Shown in pieces: positions 23,766 through 32,000 of a stretch of 32,000 nt of DNA. Under the pieces are notes generated by a model, which had not been told where the DNA came from, did no database searches, and saw nothing but the letters and a program-made list of their open reading frames with translations. The translations under genes and the position numbers were made by a program. Source of the stretch: Candidatus Thorarchaeota archaeon (GTDB taxonomy: Archaea > Asgardarchaeota > Thorarchaeia > Thorarchaeales > Thorarchaeaceae); the NCBI GenBank assembly GCA_003345555.1, contig PRDJ01000039.1, positions 46,954 through 78,953 on the forward strand, given 5' to 3'. The first letter of the stretch is position 1. Every line of letters starts with the position of its first letter.

Positions 23766-26700
23766 ATGAAGAGAATTAGCACCTCTTTGATAGTCATGTT
23801 CGTGATGTTGCTCTTTACAGGTGTGGGTTTTGCGGGTACTCCCGTTGCACTAAGTTCTGGATCTCAGCCCAGTCTGGTTGACCAGAGTCTCGACGCGGCC
23901 GGGCAGGGTGCGTACACCGGCACCGGCGCAGCACGCACTGCCACACTGAAAGGCATGACAAGCAACGTGACTGGAGTTACGAATCTTGACTCCACCGGGA
24001 CAGCAACGACCAAGGTGCTCCGCCCGACGGGTTGGACAGGGACCAATCTGAGGACAGACATCAAAGGGCTGAGGGCATGGTACTACAACGTCCTTAGGAA
24101 CGGCAACTTCTCGACATACCACGATGAGATATACACCGAGCGGGGCGGCGAAGACCAGATTTCATTCCCTGATTATTGGCGCCTTCACAAGTACGATGCG
24201 CATGGAAGTCAGAACGCTACAAGCGGATACCTATATTTCTCCGTAGAGGGCACAGATCCAGATTATTACTGGCGCATGGTGATTGACGATTCTCCTCCCG
24301 ACGCAGGCGAATACCTGTCTCTCTCCCAAGAACTGAAGCTGCCATACATGGCAATCGAAGAGATGCAAATCACCGTCTCATTCAGACCTGATTACTGGGG
24401 AGGCACATACAATAACTCATTCATGTTCATCAAGGTAGGAACGTATCAGATCTCAGATTACTGTTTCAGGAGTACGGACACTTTTGGTGCGAGACTATTG
24501 AGGACATACACTGTACCGGGTTCATACTTGTCTTCTCTTACTTGTCCAACTGCTGTGAATTTCGAGATAGGACACAAAGTCAAAACTGGCGTGAGTAGCG
24601 GATGGTATGGAGCCATTCTTGACATCATGTATGTCACTGTGGATATCAAGGTAAGGCCGCTCCCTGACAGAATAAACATGAAAGCCAACTCAACCGCGAT
24701 ACTAGATGCAACAACTGGCAGCGGAGGTCCATACAAGGTACCTCTGGCTCAATACATCGCTGGGGTCTCGAGCCGAGATGGGTACAACATAGGCTCAAGC
24801 ACGTTCGATATAAATGGGTATTCAGATGATGGCCACCTTTTCGTCGGTTATGCTCCAAACTGGGGTGGTGTCGGCCGAATGGGTCTTCAGATGCAGGTTT
24901 ACGTCCCGAAGGGTGCCATCATTACGAGTGCAACCCTTACTCTTACTGGCGCAGACTACTCCGGGTCGCCCACCTATCCAGCTAGATTACTAGTTGACGT
25001 GGCAGATCGTTCCAATTCCGCCACATTCACACAGGGCGGGACCACAATCCTGTCACAATCGACTTGGATGAATAACCCCGTGGTTTGGCAATTCTCGAGT
25101 TTCAGTGGCGGGACGAAGTACACTTCACCAGACATCTCAGCTCTACTTCAAAGAGTTGTATCGAACAGCACATGGGCCAGTGGTAACTATGTCGTCCTGA
25201 TGGTGTCTGGAGCGTATTTCGGCGGCGAGACGGTGGACGCCGGTCTTAACTTCTATGGTACTGCGGCCGGAGTGGATGCGAATGTTGGATATCTCACCAT
25301 GACCTGGCTTGTTCCGTCAAGCACGACAGAGCAGACCAAGTATACGAGCACGGGCTCTTGGTCAAGCACCAGCTCCGTATCATTGAGCTTTCAGTCAAAC
25401 GCAACCGACGTTTCGTTCAGCTCGAACATGTACTTGAACGCCTCTATCATTGTAATCTCTCTAGACAACAATCTAAATCCCGGCACAACATTCAGTGTGG
25501 CCAACAACACTGTCATGACTTGGACAGCCAATGTACTGGTATCACCGCCGGTGGGTGTGGGCTACACTAACATCTCTTTGAGCAAACCGGCAACTTCTTG
25601 GACCCTCTCAAGTGTTACCGATGCTGATGGTTCTACTCGAACGTCAGAAGTTACTATAACCTCAAATGCGGTGCAAGTCAAATCATCGGTGGTTGATGTA
25701 TTTGGAATATGGAAGTTCGTTTTCACGGCCGACCAGCAGTTAGCCAGCCCGTATCTGCAATGTGGAATCAATGGTGGTAGCTACGCCAACACCTACACAT
25801 ACTATGTGGGGAACTCGGCCTCTTTCATCAGTTGGGCTCCATATTTGTCCACCAATGCAGAGCGTCTTTTGCTTACTGCCCCCAGCGGTCAGCTTTTCTA
25901 TGCCGTAGACGATCTTACGCAATCAGTTAACAGTCCATACCCCTTTGAATGGACTGGAATCACTGTCACGAGTGCATGGCCGGCCGGGGTCTGGTACGCT
26001 GATGTGAACTTCAACAACACCAAAGGTGCCGTTCCTTCGGTTGTGGGTAGAGCAACGCGCAGTTTCACGGTCATACATGCGACGAGCCTGAGTCTAATAT
26101 CGCCTGCCACTCAAATTACGAGTAGGATTGCAGGTAACTTGCTCTACGTTCAGGTAAAACTCACCGACACAGACAACTCGGCTCTCGTAAGCGGTGCAAC
26201 TGTTACTATGAACTGGACGAGTCCGAGCACTGTGACTCTTGACGACTGTGGCAACGGTTACTACGAGAAGACATTGAACACTACTGACTTGGGCACTGCC
26301 AAGAGATGGAGAATTGATCTGTCCGCCTCCAAATCATACTACTCTGGTTCGTTAACTTACTTCAATTTGGACTTGACCCATTCAACGTTCTTGACCTATC
26401 AGACTCCAGCATCCGCACCCTACGGAGACGACTTCAGGGTCAAGGTGACGCTCTACAACGCTTTCACCAAGACGACAGTACCCGGCGCTACTATCACATC
26501 CAACGGCACCTTCTTTGGCTCGCCCACAGATCACGGTAACGGCAGTTACACGGTCACATTCGAGACTTCCGGCCTAGGTGTGGGTGACTATCTGTATCGG
26601 ATTATTGCGACTCCAGCCAGCGCGTATATTCTGGCAAGCAATGTGACCATCAGGTTCACCCTGCGCAATGTCTACACTACCACGTACGGCGTGGGCGGCA

Positions 26701-29700
26701 GTTCGGTCTCAACACCTTACTCGATAAGCACATCCAAGATAATAACGTATAACGATACTGACCACGCGTTTGCAGGAATAGCCGGAGCATCGAATTCGGT
26801 TCAGAGCCCGACCGGCGTCATAACTACCGTGTCTGATTCTGGTGGAGGCAAGTACACAGTAAGCATCAATGTTGGTACCAAGACTGTCGGAACGTACTTG
26901 ATCAACATCACGCTGTCCAAGTCGAATTACTACAGCAGCACAATTCGGATCTCTCTGACTATTACGGCGCGTATCACGAGCGTTGTCTGCAAATATACTA
27001 ACATTGTTCCCTACGGGTCCAACTCCCCGTTCACTGTTACTTGGTATGACATTGACGGCGGAGGAGCAAACATCTCAGGTGTAGTGGCCATAAGCAGCAT
27101 CACTGTCAATGGTACGTCCTATGGAAGCAATCCTAGTTTTGCATACGTTTGTAGTAGCCTCTCTGTGCGGAGCTATGTACTGAACGTTACTGTAAACTCC
27201 GGCAATACCGGTTACAAGAGCTCATGGCAGATTGTGACTCTCACGGTCCGAAGCTTGGGCATCTATATCTACAATGAACCCAGTGATCTTGTGTTTCCAA
27301 GCGGTGACGATTTCGTCATTGTCATTCGCGTCAACATTAGCGAACCGGGCAATCAGTTCAACAAGCAGCCGATAAGCAACCTTACTGCTGCTCAGTTCAC
27401 AATCTCGAACTCTACGTACACGTTCCCCAAGACGATTACAGCGCTCGGAAACGGTAGGTACAACCTTACGATAAGTCACACCTATCTGAACATGAATGCA
27501 TACACAATCACCATACTTCTGACTCCAAGTAATTCGAGATTCGCTAGCGCGTCTGTGCAGATATCATTCAGCTACAGGGCGGCCAGAAGCTACCTTTCAT
27601 CACCAAACTATCCTTACATTATCACACCATACGGGACATCGGTCGTAGTCACACTCAACTTCACCGATGTGGACCGCAACAAGGGTATCACAACAGCTGA
27701 CATCACTGCTACGGGCATCTCGATATACGGAAAGACGAACGTCGGCAATGGCATCTATAGAGTGACGCTCAATGTCACTGGTTTAGCTAAGGGAGATCAT
27801 CAGTTCAACCTGAAAGCAACTGCATCACAATATCAGTCGCAGAATCTAACGTTCACTCTAACGGTCAGGATTGTCTTCACGTCTGTTATTCCAACGGTTG
27901 GTTCTCTTGACATACCCGTCGGCAACAGCCCCGTCTTCTATGTGAGGTTCTGGGACCAAGACAATAACCTGCCCATAGCGGGCGCCACAATGACCAGCAC
28001 TTGGATTAGGAGCTTGACAGTTACATACATACCAGCAGATCAAAGATACAGCGTTACTTTCGCAACTCTCGACACGGACATACTGAGATCCAACTATGTA
28101 GTAACCTTCAACTTCTCGAAGGGTGTCAACTATCAGCTCGGTATCTTCAATGTCACGATTACTATTCGAACTCACAATACTGACTTTCGACTTGTGAGCG
28201 CCGTACAACCATCATCCTATAACGGTATCATCAACGTATCAGTGTACTACGGTGACCTCGATAACAATGCAGGAATAAGGTCAAGTTATGTCCATCACAA
28301 AGTGATCAACTCAACGGGTTCTGTAAGCTCAACTTTGTACAATGATACGGTCTTAGGAGCTGGCTTCTACATAATCAGGATTCCAGCGTCTCAGTTTGCC
28401 GGTCTAGGTCTTCGGACTTTCACAATCTACTTCAACTGGACAGGTTCTGTCTACAAGTACCTCAATAAGACCTTGTCGACAAGCGTCAATCTTGTAGGTA
28501 CTGATTCCAAATATACGTTGCTTGTGGCAGCCGAGCCGACAGCATATCTCAACAACATGAGCTACATGTTCCTCTATGCTCAACTCAGCGGTATCGGCAT
28601 TGACAACAGTTCCGGCAACGTTCATATCAGGGTCGCATTCCAAGGTGAATCCGTAGACCTGTCGAGAGTCAAGATTTGGTGGGTGGCGGGCGGGAACTAC
28701 TCTATCCGCTTCAACACAACGGTGTTCACTCATACCGGTCTCATATACATGACTGTATACGTCAACTGGACCAAGGGTGCGGTGCCGTTCTACACAAACC
28801 GCACCGATGTGATTTCTGTTCGCATTCTCCCGCGAGACACACTTGTGTCCGTCATCCCACCATCGCCCACATCATGGGGCCAGAACGCAACGTTCACGTT
28901 TGCTTATGAGGATGTAACTGGAGGCGGCAGTGTACCCATCCCCTACAACGTTAAGATGACAATCAAGCTGAGCCTATCTAGCTACACACTCACCTACAGC
29001 AGCGCGACCAAGTTATTCACGGTGTCGTTCAATTGCAGTCAATCTCCGATAGGTCTCGCGCCTCTTGGTTCGAAATCCTTCATACTGAATGTCACCTGGG
29101 CTGGGTCGCCGTTTTACAACAACCGGACAGGTCAGTCGATCAGCATAACGGTGCTTGCTCGGCAGACGGTCTTGGACTATCAGACTCCTGCCCCGACATC
29201 GTATTCCGACAATGTAACATTCGTCGTGAGTTGGTTTGACGTAACTACTGGTTCTTCTGTGGGAATCAATGGAGCAACAGTAACGCTCTATGATGGTGCG
29301 GTTCCAGTGTCCGCGAGCAAGTACAAGGTCACGCCGCTCGGAGGAGGCAGCTACTCCATTCAGCTGAACACGACCTACAAGTCGTCTCCTGGTACCTACG
29401 CTTTGAAGGTGATCCTCGACAAGTCTCTGTTCTACCTTCCGGCTGCCAACTCCACAAGGCAGTTCAGCATCATCTGGCGCATAACGCTTCTTTCATCAGA
29501 ACCTGTTGATCAAGTACCCTACAACTCGTCGATCCAGGTCAGAATCCACTATCAAGACTTGCTGAGATTGACCTCAATCGGGAATGGTTCAGGCTACACT
29601 TCAATCAAGATACTCAACGGGACAAGTTGGCTGTTCACGAGTTCTTGGCAATCCGCGTTTGACTACTACCTTCTTACGATTCAAACCTACAATCAAGCCG

Positions 29701-32000
29701 GGCTCAAGCTTGGAACCGTATACACTCTACATCTCAACATGACCTACGCGAGTCTATCTCCATTCTATCGTTGGGATGATGCTTACATAACATTCCAGCT
29801 GCGCCCGCGGACAACAAGCCTCAGTGCCTCCTCGCCGTCTTCTACACCGTATCTCGACTATGCCAACTTCACTGTCACCTACTTGGACACAGATGCTGGT
29901 GGGAAAGGAATCGGGTCTGCTACCATTTCAATAAAGAAGAACGGCACACTTCTGACACCCGGTTCACAGTACTTGGCTGTTCAGACTTTGCCTGGTGTGT
30001 GGGCCATCTCGGTGAACTCCACAGCCCTGAATGCCCTGACCACGACTAGGATTGATGTCTATGCGACCTGGTTCGGAACGCCGTACTACGCCAACAACTC
30101 AAGGTCTGTTGACATCACGGTCATTCGGAGACCGACGGCAGTTGATGTTGTGACGCCGCCATCGCTCACGCGGTATCTCGACAATGTCACATTTACAATC
30201 GGTTTCTCGGACGTCGAAAGAGGCAGCTACATCGGTAGCATAATCAACAACATCCTCATTTACAATGGTACGAAATACCTCACTTCGAGTCAGTATAAGG
30301 TGGTAACGGGTTCTGTTGCAGGCACCTTTGACATAAGGATTAACTCGACGATTCTGAGTGCTCACTTACTTACCAACTATCAGATAACAGTGAAAGTGTA
30401 CTGGCTCAACATACCGTACTACGCAAATGCAACAATCTCTGTGCGCTTAACAACTACGAACAGAGCTGGGGCGCTTACTTGGGACCAGATTGATAACACT
30501 CCCATGGGTGACCTCCTGAACCTGACGTTCTACTACAAGGATCTCGATACAGGTCTAGGAATAGCAAACGCAATTGTTCAGTTCGACTGTGTCCAGAAAC
30601 CGGGTCTACAAGTGGGGATTGACTATACGCTCGTGAAAGGGACTGGCGTAGATACCGGTACATACTACATCCGCGTCAACACAAACAGGCTCCTTGGGAT
30701 TAGGAGCTACAACTTCCTATTGACTGTACTATGGAACGCAGCAAATGCTCCTTTCTACACTAATCAAACTACTAGGAACATCGGCGGCGCAGTCAGAGCG
30801 ATTTCAGCTTCGCTCACACCCGGGACTCCGACGCCTCTTCTTGTACCCTACTACGGCAACGTGTCGGTCGATGTTACATATTATGACAATGATCACTTGC
30901 GTGCAATCACCAACGTTGTCAAGACCAATGTGACTGTAACATACGGGTCCGGCAGTGGACCGATAGCTTGGGGGTTCGCAAACCTAGGCGGTGGTGTGTA
31001 CAGGATCACTGTAAACACTTCCGACTCGGGACCCTACGGCTCGAAGACACTGCAAATAGCTTTCAACCGGTACCCGTACACTGCACAACTGACGAGTGTT
31101 CCGTTTACCACCCGATTGAGGAATATGCAGGCGGCCGCTACTGTTCCTACTGACCTCTATGCGGGCGATCCTTCGTACGTGACTGTCAATATCAGCGACA
31201 GTGATTCTGTCAAGCAGTTGGCAGGTGTAACGCTGGTCATCACATGGGAATCGACTTCGTCTTGGATTTATATCGGTTCGGGGCTGTACAACGTATCTTT
31301 CGGCACGACCGGAATCCCGGCAGGTTCTGCGACAATGGAAATACAAGCGACCAAAGCCAACTATACTACCCAGCTGCTGATTCTTAGCATTTACCTCAAG
31401 CCCATACCGATAGAAGTTGTAGTCCCGCCCGCGATTGATGGCATGTCAGTGTATTGGAACAAGAAATTTGTGATTTACGTCTTCATCAACGACACCTTCC
31501 ACGACATGCTGGTGTCGGGAGCCACAGTAACCTATGTGTTTGGAGGTCACTCTGGGAGCCTGACGGAGACTTCAAGTGGTAACTACAGCGCGACCCTTGA
31601 TACTTTCTGGGTGTCTCCAGGAACTGAGGTCATTTCAATTCAAGCAACGAAGAACAACTATGCTATCGCCGGTACCCTCATTCCGGTGAACGTTGAGAGA
31701 ATCCCCACAACCCTGACAACACCCATCTACTCGTCAAGCCAGCACCGAGGTTCTCCTTGGAACATTAGTGTGTACTTCAACGACACGTACAACAATCAAC
31801 CGGTCACTGGCGCGACAGTGACAATATCATGGTTCTACCTAACCTCCGAAAGTGGTACCATGACCTCTCTCGGCGGGGGGTGGTACACCTTCAACCTTCC
31901 GACGGAGAACGCTTCAATTGGACAGAACTATGTGATTAATGTGAACGCCATCAAGACGAACTACCAGACTTCTTACACTTCACTATACCTTTCGGTCTCA
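23766..32000 (+). CDS. Giant secreted cell-surface protein with tandem Ig-like beta-sandwich repeats (3'-truncated, >=2745 aa)
   Basis: SD GGAGGT at 23752-23757; signal peptide MKRISTSLIVMFVMLLFTGVGFAG. The frame is still in register at the window end (...SLYLSVS) and the track lists no stop-terminated ORF in this frame. Thr/Ser/Tyr/Asn-rich with many N-x-S/T sequons; recurring ~100-aa unit containing (D/N)xG(N/G)GxY. Confidence 0.9.
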   Translation, partial: MKRISTSLIVMFVMLLFTGVGFAGTPVALSSGSQPSLVDQSLDAAGQGAYTGTGAARTATLKGMTSNVTGVTNLDSTGTATTKVLRPTGWTGTNLRTDIKGLRAWYYNVLRNGNFSTYHDEIYTERGGEDQISFPDYWRLHKYDAHGSQNATSGYLYFSVEGTDPDYYWRMVIDDSPPDAGEYLSLSQELKLPYMAIEEMQITVSFRPDYWGGTYNNSFMFIKVGTYQISDYCFRSTDTFGARLLRTYTVPGSYLSSLTCPTAVNFEIGHKVKTGVSSGWYGAILDIMYVTVDIKVRPLPDRINMKANSTAILDATTGSGGPYKVPLAQYIAGVSSRDGYNIGSSTFDINGYSDDGHLFVGYAPNWGGVGRMGLQMQVYVPKGAIITSATLTLTGADYSGSPTYPARLLVDVADRSNSATFTQGGTTILSQSTWMNNPVVWQFSSFSGGTKYTSPDISALLQRVVSNSTWASGNYVVLMVSGAYFGGETVDAGLNFYGTAAGVDANVGYLTMTWLVPSSTTEQTKYTSTGSWSSTSSVSLSFQSNATDVSFSSNMYLNASIIVISLDNNLNPGTTFSVANNTVMTWTANVLVSPPVGVGYTNISLSKPATSWTLSSVTDADGSTRTSEVTITSNAVQVKSSVVDVFGIWKFVFTADQQLASPYLQCGINGGSYANTYTYYVGNSASFISWAPYLSTNAERLLLTAPSGQLFYAVDDLTQSVNSPYPFEWTGITVTSAWPAGVWYADVNFNNTKGAVPSVVGRATRSFTVIHATSLSLISPATQITSRIAGNLLYVQVKLTDTDNSALVSGATVTMNWTSPSTVTLDDCGNGYYEKTLNTTDLGTAKRWRIDLSASKSYYSGSLTYFNLDLTHSTFLTYQTPASAPYGDDFRVKVTLYNAFTKTTVPGATITSNGTFFGSPTDHGNGSYTVTFETSGLGVGDYLYRIIATPASAYILASNVTIRFTLRNVYTTTYGVGGSSVSTPYSISTSKIITYNDTDHAFAGIAGASNSVQSPTGVITTVSDSGGGKYTVSINVGTKTVGTYLINITLSKSNYYSSTIRISLTITARITSVVCKYTNIVPYGSNSPFTVTWYDIDGGGANISGVVAISSITVNGTSYGSNPSFAYVCSSLSVRSYVLNVTVNSGNTGYKSSWQIVTLTVRSLGIYIYNEPSDLVFPSGDDFVIVIRVNISEPGNQFNKQPISNLTAAQFTISNSTYTFPKTITALGNGRYNLTISHTYLNMNAYTITILLTPSNSRFASASVQISFSYRAARSYLSSPNYPYIITPYGTSVVVTLNFTDVDRNKGITTADITATGISIYGKTNVGNGIYRVTLNVTGLAKGDHQFNLKATASQYQSQNLTFTLTVRIVFTSVIPTVGSLDIPVGNSPVFYVRFWDQDNNLPIAGATMTSTWIRSLTVTYIPADQRYSVTFATLDTDILRSNYVVTFNFSKGVNYQLGIFNVTITIRTHNTDFRLVSAVQPSSYNGIINVSVYYGDLDNNAGIRSSYVHHKVINSTGSVSSTLYNDTVLGAGFYIIRIPASQFAGLGLRTFTIYFNWTGSVYKYLNKTLSTSVNLVGTDSKYTLLVAAEPTAYLNNMSYMFLYAQLSGIGIDNSSGNVHIRVAFQGESVDLSRVKIWWVAGGNYSIRFNTTVFTHTGLIYMTVYVNWTKGAVPFYTNRTDVISVRILPRDTLVSVIPPSPTSWGQNATFTFAYEDVTGGGSVPIPYNVKMTIKLSLSSYTLTYSSATKLFTVSFNCSQSPIGLAPLGSKSFILNVTWAGSPFYNNRTGQSISITVLARQTVLDYQTPAPTSYSDNVTFVVSWFDVTTGSSVGINGATVTLYDGAVPVSASKYKVTPLGGGSYSIQLNTTYKSSPGTYALKVILDKSLFYLPAANSTRQFSIIWRITLLSSEPVDQVPYNSSIQVRIHYQDLLRLTSIGNGSGYTSIKILNGTSWLFTSSWQSAFDYYLLTIQTYNQAGLKLGTVYTLHLNMTYASLSPFYRWDDAYITFQLRPRTTSLSASSPSSTPYLDYANFTVTYLDTDAGGKGIGSATISIKKNGTLLTPGSQYLAVQTLPGVWAISVNSTALNALTTTRIDVYATWFGTPYYANNSRSVDITVIRRPTAVDVVTPPSLTRYLDNVTFTIGFSDVERGSYIGSIINNILIYNGTKYLTSSQYKVVTGSVAGTFDIRINSTILSAHLLTNYQITVKVYWLNIPYYANATISVRLTTTNRAGALTWDQIDNTPMGDLLNLTFYYKDLDTGLGIANAIVQFDCVQKPGLQVGIDYTLVKGTGVDTGTYYIRVNTNRLLGIRSYNFLLTVLWNAANAPFYTNQTTRNIGGAVRAISASLTPGTPTPLLVPYYGNVSVDVTYYDNDHLRAITNVVKTNVTVTYGSGSGPIAWGFANLGGGVYRITVNTSDSGPYGSKTLQIAFNRYPYTAQLTSVPFTTRLRNMQAAATVPTDLYAGDPSYVTVNISDSDSVKQLAGVTLVITWESTSSWIYIGSGLYNVSFGTTGIPAGSATMEIQATKANYTTQLLILSIYLKPIPIEVVVPPAIDGMSVYWNKKFVIYVFINDTFHDMLVSGATVTYVFGGHSGSLTETSSGNYSATLDTFWVSPGTEVISIQATKNNYAIAGTLIPVNVERIPTTLTTPIYSSSQHRGSPWNISVYFNDTYNNQPVTGATVTISWFYLTSESGTMTSLGGGWYTFNLPTENASIGQNYVINVNAIKTNYQTSYTSLYLSVS

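Noticed and set aside
23850-31346. Short ORFs listed by the track inside 23766-32000
   Set aside because: All are antisense or off-frame to the single giant surface-protein ORF.

Overview
Archaeal chromosomal window, most consistent with an Asgard archaeon (Thorarchaeota-like). That placement is inferred from an archaeal histone, archaeal GltX/ThiI/eS25, a longin-small GTPase fusion, a uDENN-like protein and an ESCRT-II Vps22/36-like domain. From left to right: two large hypothetical genes; a tandem pair of DapA-family aldolase::formaldehyde-activating enzyme (Fae) fusions; a ~370-nt intergenic segment that folds into a rod-plus-multibranch RNA; and an M20 deacylase, a membrane-anchored protein, AlaX and a GlmU-like nucleotidyltransferase. 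These are followed by eS25 with a long Lys/Pro/Ala tail, a eukaryotic-signature trafficking-like cluster (12979-19038), gltX-thiI-histone, a DUF2334-like deacetylase, and a giant (>=2745 aa, 3'-truncated) secreted Ig-repeat protein that the ORF track misses. The most striking observation is the DapA-Fae pair. Copy A keeps the aldolase Schiff-base Lys but has lost the Fae catalytic His. Copy B has Lys->Ser but keeps the Fae catalytic His. This suggests an obligate heteromeric aldolase that releases or consumes formaldehyde coupled to H4MPT. Two genes appear to start at near-cognate codons (ACG, ATT). No rRNA, tRNA, CRISPR array or transposase was recognised. All family calls are from motif recognition by eye; no database searches were run.
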